The notes beneath the pieces were generated by a model that saw only the letters and a program-made list of their open reading frames with translations, made no database searches and was not told the DNA's origin. A stretch of DNA of 64,000 nt from Setoptus koraiensis. Lineage: Eukaryota > Animalia > Arthropoda. The stretch covers positions 12,276,001 to 12,340,000 of the forward strand of contig CM106586.1 in NCBI GenBank assembly GCA_048013815.1. The letters are read 5' to 3'. Below are positions 47,209 through 60,300 of this stretch, one piece after another. Position numbers and translations under genes: made by a program. Positions within the stretch are counted from its first letter, which is position 1. Every line of letters starts with the position of its first letter.

Positions 47209-50200
47209 ATGAACGGCAAAGTTTTGCTGATCACCGTTTTGTCGTTCGCCTCATTGTGTTTGGCAGGTAAGTATCATGGAGAAAATTGTATTGATTTGAC
47301 ACGAATAAAACAACACGAGCCAGCGAATAATTGAAATAATAGAAGCGAACTGAATTTCAGTCAATTACAATTGAATCAAAGTGAAAATAGTTGCCATCAG
47401 CTCAAGTCGAATAGTGCAAACGTAAAGATCAACACAGTGCTAATGTGACCGCTTCCCATTCTCTCATATTTCCCTCACCTGAAAAAATGTCGATCACGCC
47501 GCCTCAACCGCAATCGTCGATCACGCCGCCTCAACCGCAATCGTCGATCACGCCGCCTCAACTGCAATCGTCGGTCGTGCAACGAACGAAACGTTCGAAA
47601 CAACCGCCACCAACAAAACAACCGCAATCGTCAATTTAATTAATCAATTAATTAACTCCAATGACCGAACGCAAACAATTCAACGAACGAAACAGTGCCG
47701 ACAAACACAAAGAACGAACGCTGGTCCAACAATGAGGCCTATGTGCCGGCCAAGAGATCGTCGAACGACGTCGAGAACATCCTGTCGAGATGGTGCCAAT
47801 CGTCTGACATGAGCACAAACGTTTTGACCGAATCATTCAAGCAATTGACTGGCTCATTGAGCTATGCCTCGTCGCGCCAATTGGACCAATTGACCGATGA
47901 CATCATTGTGAAAGAGCACTTCTGTCAAAAGTACAACAAACAATCGTATCCTGAAGACTACAGCAACGAGGATCTAATTAAAGACGTCTACTTGGACGCC
48001 CTAGTTGCTAGCGAGTCGGACGACACAACAGAGCAATTGGTGCGCGCCATTGACACTGGCAAAGTGGACAAAATTCGTGCCAACTATTATCTGACTTTGT
48101 TGGCCGTTAGTTACGATGGTGAAAACAGTCAGACAACATCGTCTAAAAACAGCGACAACGATATTGCACAAAAATTGACCCAGTCATTGTTGAGCAGCAA
48201 AAAGAGTGGCGATTCTCTGAAGGACACCATTGAGCGTCAGAAGATGTTTGCCGCCACATCGGTGTGGTCGAAAAAGATCCAACAACAACAACAACAACAA
48301 CTGTCGTCCATGGACAGACAAAAGATCGAGCAATTGGTTGAGGCCATCGTTGAGCGTTACATCAAGCCAGTGAGCCCAATGACCTATTCAACATCTAGCA
48401 AACAAATAGCAGATCGCGACGCCGCCTTGAAGGCCGTGGCCAACATTCCCGCCTACGCGTGGCCCCAAAAGACCGTGCAATACGTGCTGGATTTGGCCTT
48501 GGACAAGCAAGAATTGGTGAGCGTTCGTCAGAGTGCCATTGAATCGTTGAAATACGCATCGCGCCAACAAGACCAACAATACAAGATTCATCAACAATTG
48601 AAACAATTGGCCTTGTACTCGCAAGAGCAACCGATTGAGGTGAGAATTGTCGCCTACCGTCACCTAGTGCCAACCATTCATCAATTGGTGAACAGATTGA
48701 GCGACTTGGACGAGCTAGTGAGATACATCAACGACGAAACAAAGGACAACAAGGACGTTCAATTTGTCGCCTATGTTGTGTCGCATTTGCAGAATGTGCT
48801 CAAGAACGCCGACAAGAAATATTTGGACGTGCTGAAAAAGGAGCGCCCTCAACAATTGGCCCAAATAAAGGTGGCCAGCAAGCGCATGCAAAAGTATGAC
48901 GATTTGCGCAAATACTCGCGCAACTTCCAAATGGAACAATCGCTGGCCAAATTGGACACTGGCCTCATTTTGGACGGTGACATCATTTATGAGCGATCGC
49001 AATATTTGCCAAAGGTTATGCGCTTGAACGTGTCTATGCCCGTTATGGGCAACACCGTCGAGCTGGTCGAGATTAGCATTCGCCAGAATCACATGCAACA
49101 AGAGCTTCTGTCCATTTTGAAGCCGTTGCAATCGACCAAGATCAACATGGAGTCCATTGACAACGTGGTGTCATCGATCAAGAAGGCCGCCAGCGACTAC
49201 GAGCGCCAACAACAGCAACAGAAACAACAAACTTCCAACAAACAAAGCCCCCAATTGGACCTGAGCATCAAGATGGACGGCGTGACCGTTATGTACGTCT
49301 CGCTAAACGACTTCAAGCAATCAGCGCAACAACAACAAATGAACAAGCACCGTCTCACCAGATCGGCGAGCCGCTCCAGCGACTACTCGCACCAGCGCGG
49401 TCAGCAGTCGTCGTCGGAGAGCGTTATCGAGGATTTGCTGAAGCAACTGAAAAAGAGCATCCTGTTCAACCGTGGCGTTCACTTTCATTTGAACAAACGC
49501 GTGGGCGGCCTCATCGACTTGCAAACAGTGCTAACGGGTAGCGTTCGCGCCGAATCAAAGGTGCGAACTCTCAGCGAGGGCATGCACGAATTGGTGGCCA
49601 AATTTGAGCCAAGATTCGCCTTTGAGTCAGTGATTGGTCTGGCCAAATTCGATACGAAAAAGTCAGCCAAAAAGTACTTGCAGCGCATCTCTACCGAATC
49701 GAGCCTCGGCCTGAGAATGAAATACAAACAAGACGAACTGATTGAGATATTCATCGAGTTGCCCATGGAAGAGATGGAACTGTTTAGAGTTGAGTCGCAA
49801 CTGGTGGAACAAGTAGGCGAATCGTCCACTGGTCTGCCAATTTACAAGTATGCCATCGACATTGAGGACATTGAGGGCGACGATTACGACTATCACCGTC
49901 GCACCAGCGACTACAACACCGTTGACGCAACAACCACATCGACAAACAAAAACAAGAACAACAACGACAACTACGATTACGACAGCGCCTCCCAGTGGCA
50001 ATTGAAGAGCGACTCAGAGAAGGACAAAATGACCCGCTTCTATGGGCAAGACATTGAGAGCTTCTACGGCGACTCAATGAAGAGCATCAGAGAGCGTCGC
50101 AACGCCAACAAACAATCCGAAATGCGTGAACGTTTCGACATGCCCCAACAGGTGAGCCAATTGACCGGCCTGAAGGGTCGCGTTGAGCTGGCCGCATCGC

Positions 50201-53200
50201 CAAAGGACCTGTCCGCTATTATGCGCATTGTTGTCACCAAGACCGACCCCAAAATGACCGGTTTCCGCATGCTGGTGCAAAGCGACAAGCTGAGCGCCAC
50301 TAGCAAGGCCTACACAGTTGCCTTCTCGACGCCGTCGTCGTCGTCGCGATCCCAACAATACCAGCGTCAGATTCAATTGCGCCTAGTGAGCGACATCAAA
50401 TCAGACATGAAGTCGCTGAAGGGCGAACTGAGCGGTCCCGTATTCGACACAATGCGCTTCTCGGTTGCCGCTAAGGACGACGGCCGCAAGAAATCGCTAG
50501 AGGTCGAGCTGTCCGCCGACGGCAAGAAGCCCTGGTCAACCAAGGCCGAAATTGGCGCCATCGAGCAACAACAGCAACAAACCAGCGACAGATCGCCAAG
50601 AACAGGTGAACAACAACAACAGCAGCAGACGTACAAGACTTACGCCCGTTTGTCGCTGCCACAACAATCGCAACCAATGGAAATTGTCGGCCTAGTGTCA
50701 GTGTCGTACAAGCCAAAGACCTCCATCTTCTACGAGATCAAGGTGCCTCAAGAACTGATCGAGATGTTCATGGACGACGACACACCGTCGTACAACAACA
50801 ACAACAACAAGCAGCAGATCGCCAGCGACAGACAAACCATCAAGGGTAGACTGACCATCAGCAGCATCGACAACACCAACGCCAACAAATACCAACAACA
50901 ACAACAACAGCAGAGACGTTCGCGTTCGCGCGACCTCAAGAGCAACTTGGCCAGAATGATCCACGACGGCCAAGATGTCAGCATCACCAACGACGTCGAC
51001 GTCAAGCTGGCCAGCCTGTACTACAAGAGTCTCACTCACGTTGCCTACAAGCCGCAAGAGGACCAAGTTGTGCTGTCGCACACCGTCGACTACCTGTCCA
51101 GCCAAAACAAAATGGAGCAATACCGTTTCGATTTGGAGCTGCAAAACAAGCAGCACTCGCAAGAGAGCGAACAATCGTTTTTGGTGCAACAATTCAACAC
51201 TAAATACCCAAAATACGACAGTGTGTTCAAGGTGCAACACAAGACCAAGACCGAGAACAGAAACAGCCAACAACAGGCGGCCCACTTCATTGCCCAATAC
51301 CTGTACCCTAGCGACAGTTACGTGCAACAGGTGAGATATTATGTCAAGTCGGGCGACAAGGTGCCCAACGTGCAACAGCGTCAACAGTTGATGAGCGCCA
51401 TTGAGTACGAGCACCAGGTGCAATACGCCTCAATGAAGGATATGCAAGTTGTGGTGCGCGTTGCCGCTGCACCAATTGAGTTTGAGCGCGAAATCACAGT
51501 TCAAATTCAATCGCAACAACAACAGCAACAACAATCGCAACGCAACAAGCGCCAACAATCGATCGCGTCGCTCATCAGCGAACCCGACACCATCAAGGCC
51601 CAAGTTGTGGTGAAGAACATGAGCGGCAGCAGAAAGCAGCAACAGACCGGAAGTGGCCGCTACCAGGCCGAACGCGAGGATTTGAACGCCATGATCAAGC
51701 TGGACCAATACTACCAGACCAAGGGCCAGATCAGCGTGCTAGTGAAGGCCGAGGCCGACAACAAGAAGCACTTCATCGAGTTGCGTCACGACATGCAGCG
51801 CAAGCAGCAGCAGCAGCAGCCAAGCGAGCAATGGGACAACTACTTCCGCTTGTCCATTGACAAACAGCAGCCAATTGTGTTTGCGTACACAGTTCGCAGC
51901 AACACCAACACCAACAGCAACTACCAACAACAACAGCAACAGCGCCAACAACAATCCAGACTGATCGATTACGTCATTGAGGGCTCGTACAAGGACAGCA
52001 CCACGGGCGACAGCAGATCGGCGCCAGTTCGCGCTAGCGTTTCGCTCGATTATGCCAACGGTTTCGAGTTTGCGCAACAACTCGACATTCCCGAGCGCCA
52101 AATCAAAATGAACGTGTACGTGTCCGAAATGGAGCAAGTGGCCAAGCTTGAGCTGGACACGCGCGCCATCAAGGCCAAGTTCGTGGCGGACACCAAGCAG
52201 GACAACAAACAGGAAATGATTGTGATGGTGTCGTACGCGCCAGAGCGATTCCAGCACGAGACTCGCGTCGTTTACAACGAGCAGCGCCAACTGGTGGCCA
52301 TCCAAAGCCAGCAGCAAAAGCAGGGCCGTCAGGTGTACAAGCTGACGTCGCAATTGAGCTCGCCCATCGACATGCAACAGTTTGTTGAGCAATACAAACA
52401 ACAGCAACAACAAATGAAATACAACAGCAACAACAAGCGATCGATCTACAGGGGCTACAAGCGCTCCCTGCCGGCCATCGAAATGAGACAAAACCAAGAG
52501 AACAGCTATGTGCGATATCAGTACAACGAGGACAAGTCGCAGTTCACAATGGAGTTCTCGCCTAGCGAAAGCAAATTCTTGATCGAGCTGAAAGACGCTG
52601 AGCGTGAGATTTACCACAAAACGATGGGTCAGTCGAGCGACAACAGCAACAAGCAGTGCCAGACCATTGAATTCCGTTCGCAAACAAGCCAACAGCAGCA
52701 AGTGGTGTACACCGTCGACATTGAGGCCCCAATCGGCGAGCGTTGCCAGTCGGCTACGAAGGCGCGCATCGTGTATCCGTCGTTTTACAACGTCGACATG
52801 CTGTACGAACCCACGAAGAACATCTTCACCGGTCAGGCGAAGAAGGGCGCCAAATTTGAGCGCACCGTGCAACATTTCAGCAAGCGCGATCGTTCGGGTT
52901 ACGCGTATCCGCAATACGTGCGCAAAATTGTGCAATTCTTCGACGACAAACTCGCCGAACAAAAGATCGTTGTTGACGCACAACAATACCCACGCGTCAA
53001 GCTGGCCATGGAAATCCAAGAGGCCGGCCAAAAGAAGTTCGCCACATTGGGCGCCGACATTTATCTGAGCAGCACCGGAAGTAAGAGCAACCAACAGCAC
53101 GAGTCCACGCTGGCGTGGCAAGTCGCTGACCGTTACACGTCGGAGAGTCGCTTTCAGCAGACGGCGCGCGCGCTCATCCTGCAATCTCAACTGAAGGATC

Positions 53201-56200
53201 TAGTCAAGCGCGAGCGTTACGCAATGGACGCATCGTTGTCGCGCAACCAACAGGACAAGTCTCAAGTGAGCATTGACACCCCCATGTACAAGGGCGACGT
53301 GTCGTTTGAGCCAGCGGAGGAGCGTGCCCGCTTCAACATGCAATCGTCGGCAATGTCGTCCGACAACGACAACTCGTGGCAATGGAGCTCGTTCGTGGAC
53401 AGACAGCAACAGCAACAATCGCAGGGCAGATACGTGCGCCGCGCACAAGCCCAATACAAGAGCAAGTACGAGCAACAGAGCCACAATTTTGAATACAACC
53501 CCTACGACGAGAATGTCAAATTCTCGTCGCAGCGCCAGCCAACAAAATACGCAAACAAAAACAACAAACACTTCTGGTCAGTCGACGGTGACCTGAGCAG
53601 CTACCGCCAGCAAGCGGACAAGCTGAAGAAGCGCGCCCCACGCGACGCCTTCGCAAAGCCATCTTACGTCAACATCAAGCACAACGACGACTTTGAGGGT
53701 CAGTTCGCCATGAAGCCGTACGCCCAAGACCAAGACCAGGATCAGTACGTGCAACTGACCATGAAGCGCCGCACCTCGCCGTTCCAGTTCGAGACGCGCC
53801 TCGTGAAACGCGACACCTCTAGCGCCGGTCAATCGCGCTACAACGTGTTTATGAAGCACATGAACCGCGACGAGTTGATCGCTCTAGTGGAGGCCACCCT
53901 CGAAAAGAAACAACATTTGCAGGCGGAAATCAAGCAATTGAAGAGCGGCAAATACCCAACGAGCAGCTTTGATTCATCCTCCGAAAACAGCTACAAATTC
54001 AACGACCAATCCGACGATTACGACAGCAGCGCCGAGCGACAAGCCCGCGTTCACTTCAAGAGCGACAAGCACGGTCACGCAACCTGGGAACACTCGTGGA
54101 ACCAGCAGCCGAAGGAGGCGCGCGAGCGCCAAGACCGATTCAAGTTCGACTTGAACCTGAACAAGAACAACAAGTTCAGCGAGCTGAAGCACAAGACCGA
54201 GTTTGCGTTGTCGCGCGACCTCGACTCGGACTACTCCGACTCTGCCGACTACAACAGCAACTACAACACCAACTACAACACCAACAACAAGCCACAGAAC
54301 CGAGATTCTGACTACTTCGCCGGTAACTACGCCAAGGGCAAGCGCGCCTCTAAAATCGTGAAGCGCAACGCCAATTACGCCAATTACGCCGATTATGTCA
54401 TGCAAAACGCAAATTTGAATTTGCGCTCCAGCACCCAATACAACAACCGCGACTTGTACAACATCGAGGCCGACTACAACGAGCTGTCCAACAGACAGCA
54501 GCAGCAGCAGCAATACAAGCAGCGCAGCCAGCAAGCGGCCATGCCGAGCAAGATCCGCGCTTCCGGTTTCGGGTACGAGACCAGCGTCAAGTATGAGCCA
54601 AAGTCGTTTGTGCACTACTCGATGGCCACCCCGAGCAAGACGCGCCACACTGCGCGCTACCTGTTCCCGACCAAATCGGCACAACAACAACAACAGCAAC
54701 AACAACAGCAACAACAACTCGACAATTTGCACCAGTTCCGCGTCAGATCCACCGATCAACACGACAACGAAATCTATCAGTTTGAGGCGCAATTTCCCGC
54801 CTCAGACGAGTACATCATGGACAGCGAGCGCGATTACGACTGCCTAGACAGATCGGCCGATTGCACCCAAAGCCAGATGGCGCCCACTAGCGGCAACAAG
54901 AAGCCGACCTCGTTCAAATACAACGACGTGTACGGCAACAAGATGCAGTTCGGCATGGACCTGGCCAGCACAAGCCAGCAAAAGTACGTTGTGGTGGAGG
55001 TGCTCGAAGCCAGCAAGGGCTACGAACATTCGACCAAGTACAGCCAGTCGGCTGAGCAGCAAAAATCGAACGCGTTCTCGTTCAAAACAGTGACCAAATC
55101 ACAGCGATTCGGTCAGATCATGAGTGTCGACATTGAAAAATTCAGCGACAAACAGGGCTCGCTGCGTTTCATGACACCAATCGTGAAAGGTGAGCTCACG
55201 AGCGCCAAAACTAACTCGTTCCGTCAGCTAAAATTGCGTTTGCAAAACGCGCAACCCGGCCAACAGCAAACCAAGAAACAATTGAAACAATTGCAAGCGT
55301 TGTTGGGTGCGAGCGCCTTCATTGAGCGTGCCTTTGAGCACCAATTCTTGCACGAAGCAGAATTGTTGGCCAATTACGACGAGCAATATTACAAGATGAC
55401 CGCTCAGACATTGTCACAGGGCCAACAATTGGTTGATTTGTTGCTAGAGACAAAATTGCGCCAACAAACACAAATGAAATTGTTGACAAAACAATCGTCG
55501 TTTGACATTAAATTGGACCAACAAATGCCAAAATTGGACGTGCACATCGACTACAAACAAAAGCGCGCCCAACACGACACCACCATCTACCTGAAGGACC
55601 AACAATTGGGCCAGTGGTCAGTGGACACGCGCACCCGCTATTTGGGCCAGCAAGTGTTCAGCGTCAGTGGCGACTACATCCAATGCCAGCATTCGAGCCA
55701 CCAACAGCAACAGCAACAACAACAGCAAACTAAATGCAGATCGCAGCTCATCGGCTCGTCCAACAACGACCAATACGAGTTTGTGATCGCCTTTGACCAT
55801 CTCGCCGAGACCTTTGTGGCCAAACTGACCAACAAATACACCAAACAAGTGCACTCGTTCACCATCAACAGCGGCTCAACAGCGCAATCGCAATCGAGCG
55901 CGCTCAACATGGAATACACACTCAAATCTGACATGACGCAAGAGATCATTTACCAGGGCGAGGCTCGTTTGCATTTAAACGATTTCGCTCTAGCACGTGC
56001 GCTCATCTCATCACAGCACCGCTCGTACAGCTCGTGGCAGCAAAAGCAGCCAAGCATGCCAAAAGAGAGCCAATTGAGCTTTGTTGTTCGTCCCCAACAG
56101 CAAGATCAGCGAAAGGCCATCAGCGTCAAATATCAACCAAAGAGCTCGTTTGAGCTGACCATCACCAGCGAGCCACATAAATTCTCGCACCAAACAAAGG

Positions 56201-57276
56201 CCGTCGTGCAACCAATGAACAGCAACCAAAACCAAAACCAATACCAAGATGACCAAGACCAATATGACCAAACACAAACCACAATGCAAACCCAACAACA
56301 ATCGCAACAATCGCAACAAAAATGGCGCGATCTGCTGAAACAGGTCAAGGTGAGCTCGAGCCAATCGTGCAAATATTACAAGTGCCAACAACGCGATTAC
56401 ATGACATACGATTTTGAGCTCAACTACGACCAAGACAACAAGACACAAATGTCGCTCAAGACGACCCAATCCACAATGGACTTTGAATTTTTGCCACAAA
56501 ACAAACAAACCCATCTGAGAGACGGTCTGTTGATTGTGTCAACACCCACATACCAACACACACAACAATTCTCGCTAGACACTGAGAAGTACGAGCGTCT
56601 AAACATGCATTTGACTCATTCCATTAAGCCAAAATATCAGCATCAAAAGTCACAAATTTACCAATTGGATGCGGACATTTACGCCAACAACAAACAATCG
56701 TCGAGCGTTGTCGTGCGTTCCCCAATCTCTCAATATCAGATGCAATTTCCGTCGGCATTCTCTGCAGCAATCATTCCAAAAATGCTACAAACTGTCATGT
56801 AAACACTTAGTTGATTAGTCAAGTGTGATGATTGTCTCAAGCGGACAACAATGTCAGCATAACAACAAATAAACAAACTACACAGCTAATGTAATAATAC
56901 CCACAACTCACCGTGCCCAATCTCACTGTTATTAATTACCTCACTGATGCCCAGCCGCTGATTACCATGCTAATCAACCGATACCCGGCCGCTAATTACG
57001 TGCCCATCAACCGATACCCGGCCGCTGATTGAGATGCTAATTAACCGATGAGCGAACGATTGAGATGCCAATTAACTGATGAGCGAGACACCGAGCGACA
57101 GGTTGAGCGATAGTTGCAATAACGATAATTTAGTTCTTTTGTCGCCTCAGTGGCGCCACAATTGAATTGAATGTGATTGTCTGACTAACATTTTCTCTCG
57201 CTCGCACAGGCTCCCTCGCCTGATTGAGCCGCCCAATCAGAGACAGTCTCTAGTAATTAGTCGCCAATTAGTGTGA
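47209..57276 (+). CDS. Large lipid transfer protein (vitellogenin/apolipophorin superfamily) precursor, ~3075 aa; exons 47209-47266, 47696-56798, 57210-57276 (unspliced alternative stop at 56802)
   Basis: Exon 1 encodes a signal peptide (MNGKVLLITVLSFASLCLA), followed by GTAAGT; phase-compatible acceptor at 47695. LLT helical-domain and C-sheet/DUF1943-like segments (LKAVANI, VRQSAIESL, IEVRIVAY, VAYVVSHLQN, RKYSRNF, DIIYERSQYLPKVMRLNVSM...VEISIR). The final intron has a CTAAC branch point and CACAG acceptor, and the joined CDS is in frame. Subfamily unresolved. Confidence 0.82.
47490..47573. repeat. 27-bp tandem repeat x3 in LLTP intron 1
   Basis: tcgatcacgccgcctcaaccgcaatcg repeated three times. 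Confidence 0.9.
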
Positions 57277-57282
57277 TCGCTA

Positions 57283-57330
57283 ATCACCGCTTGATTGTTT
57301 GATCAGCTGACCAAACAATCAAGCGGTGAT
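57283..57330. other. Near-perfect 48-bp palindrome between convergent stop codons
   Basis: atcaccgcttgattgtttg-a-tcagctga-c-caaacaatcaagcggtgat: 19-bp exact arms, one mismatched pair, and a palindromic 8-bp centre. Confidence 0.9.
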
Positions 57331-57365
57331 CAATCGATAATTGTTGTGTTGTAGCTAATCAATAA

Positions 57366-60300
57366 TTAGTGCTGCAGAGAGGCCAGTTTGCATCCGTGCA
57401 GCCACTTGATGATGCGCGCGTTCTTCTCCACTATGGAGCATTGGTGATCGTCGAGCGCGGACAGTGTTGCGCCACAATATTGCTCCAGATTGCCTATTAC
57501 CACTATATCACTAGTGTTGCCATTGACGTCGTCATGGTTGTTGGGGTTATCACTTGTCGTTTCGGGCCGGTGCTGCTCGAACTGGAACGGATGTTGCGCA
57601 ATGCCGGCAGTTTGCAGTTTGCCACAATGGGCGCCAATGTCGCTGTTAGTTGTGGCTGCCGGACACAGAGTGAAATTGTCCGACTGCTTCAAGTTGCCAG
57701 CGCTGCTCGCCAGTTTCCGGCACGATCCTTCCACTTGTTGTCTGTGTGCGTGTGCGTGTGTGTGTGTGTGTGGATATCAGATATCGGGCAGCGGGATTAA
57801 AACAAACAAACAAACGGTCAGAGAGAAATTGTTGGCAAACGGTCATTAGTGAACGTGATTGGCTTTGGGCAATCTCGTCTTCGTTGTGATTCAGCGTAGC
57901 ACTTGTTACTACTAATTGTTGCCTGCACTGAATCGCGGCGTATTGGCATTGTTGTTAGACAACACCCGGTTGTTGTTGTTGTTGTTGCCGTGATTGCTTA
58001 ACGTTGTGTTACGTAACGGGTGTGCTGTGCCGGCCCGCGACGCAATGATTGATTGATTGATCGATCGACCGTGGGGACACTCGCTCGCTCCACTCACCAA
58101 TCTCTCACTCTCTGGCCAATCTCGCTGGCCCTAATGAACTATGGCTCGTTGAGATTATCAATTTTGCATCAATCTCTGGCAGGCAGGCAGGCCGGCCGGC
58201 TACTCTGTCCACTGCCGTTGGTGTCTCTCAGCAGCAGCAGCAGCAGTAACTAAAGTCGCTAACTAAAGTCGGTAATTAATGACCTACAGGTACGGCCACA
58301 CAAGCGTAATCAATCAGCAGTCACTCACTGGCTCAAGTGGCTCGCTCGCTCACACACAACCACTCATCGCAGTTGACTGACCCAAATTATAATTATTATT
58401 TAAATTAGACGAGGCTGCTGCCTGTTCATGGCATCAAATGTAATTACCTTTTGTCTTGATTGTCCAATTTTTTCCTATCGTTTATTGTTTGCATGGCCAC
58501 CGTGGCCGTTGATTGGGCCGCTTGTTGTTGTCGTTGTTGTTGGTGTTGCTGCTGCTGCTGGCGCTGTTGGTGTTGTTGTTGTTGTTGCTGTTGGCGCACA
58601 TTTGAATAATCCGATTGGCGTGATTTGCCGTTATTGTTCTCTCGTTGATGCTCGTTATCTTGCTGCGCAATGGCCGCGTTCGTTGTCGATGTTGGCGTTG
58701 AGTAACAGCGACCAGGGGCTCGGTATTTGCCACTGTAAGTGATTGCGCACTCCTCGGCATGGAGACCATTGTTGCCGGAAGTGTTAGTCATCACCTGTTG
58801 CTGCTGCTGTCGCTGTGGTTGTTGTTGTTGTTGTTGCTGATGTTGCTGATGCTGCTGTTGCTGCTGCTGTTGCTGATGCGCACTGGGTAGTTGGTGCGCA
58901 CTTTGTGGTTGTTGCTGCTGTTGGCGCAGCTCAATCAGATTGACATAATCACCGTGATCGTTGTCGAAGGGCAACAACAGCAAATTGTTGTTCACATCCT
59001 CCAGCGAGTCCACCGCGGATGCGCCGCACCAATCACAGCAATGCTCTCGATTGTTGTGACCAGTGTGCACTCGCTTGTAAACAAGACACTGCTTGTTGCG
59101 CATCGTTCTCCTTGAGGGCACCACCGGCGGCTTCACCTGGCCACCGTGCCTTATGGCAGCCCGTTGACAGTGCCCGCCGAGCGACAGTGCTGACGGGCCG
59201 GCACTCACCTGTCGGGCGTTGTTTTGCTGTTGTTGTTGTTGCTGCTGTTGCTGCTGCTGTTGTCGTTGTTGCTGCTGCTGCTGCTGTTGTTGTTGTTGCA
59301 ACAGTGACGCAATCCGACAGCAGGCAGACCAGGCTTGCGCATTGTTGGTCGGCGCTCTGTCACTGTCACTGCTGCAGCCACCAATACCGTTATCATTGTA
59401 ATTACCGGTGCTCATGCCGGCAGCAGCGCTGATGGTTGCGTCATTGCTAAGCAGCATCGCAGCCGTGCCATCGTCGGCATTGGCTGCTGCTGCCGCTGCA
59501 CAGGTAGCCGCGACAGGTGATTGGCGCCTACACAGTTGGTGTGGCTGCCGTTGGTGCAACATATCATCGCAGTCGGCAGTGCCGTGGCCTGTGTCTGCGC
59601 CGCTGGCCTTTGTTGTCGTTGTTGCTGTTGTCGTTGTTGCTGTTGTCGTTGCTGCTGTTGTCGTTGCTGCTGTTGTCGTTGCTGCTGTTGTCGGTGTAGT
59701 TGCTGTTGGCATGGCTTGCGCTGGCAGCGAGCCGGCCCAGCTTGTTACGCAAAACGGGCTACACATGTCGCTATTGTTGTTGCTGTTGCGCAACAGGTTG
59801 CCGGGGTTGCAGTGTAGGTCAGCGGCGGTGGCACAGTTGGCGTGGATGTTGTTGCTGTCGCCGTTGGCTTGCCGCTGCAATTTGAAGCGAGCATCACTAT
59901 CGACATCACAATCGCTAACAGTATTGGCATTGGAGGTGGCCGTGTTGCCGTTGTTGATATTGGCCACTTTATCACCGCTGCCAGTGACGTAATATGAAAC
60001 GTCGTTGTTGTCGTTGTTGTTGCCGCTGTCGCCGTTGCTGCCGGCGTCAACAATGACAGGCCCTCTAACAATGTCATCTGCATCCTGTTTTAGTTTTGCT
60101 TTTTGTAGTCTCAGTCTGTGATGGGCACTGTCGCACAACAGCGACACACCGCCGCCATCCATGATCCATTTGTTGTGAGAACCCGTAATTACATCCATGC
60201 CATGTTGCCGCCGAATGATTGCATCCTGGCAAGACCGTGTTGCCGCATTCTGTTGGCGCAGTCGCTCGCTGGCGCCGTTTTCCTGTAGCGGCCGCTGCGT

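Noticed and set aside
47445-47639. ORF MSITPPQPQS x3 in LLTP intron 1
   Set aside because: Product of the 27-bp tandem repeat; no compatible splice donor, and the flanking exons already join in phase.
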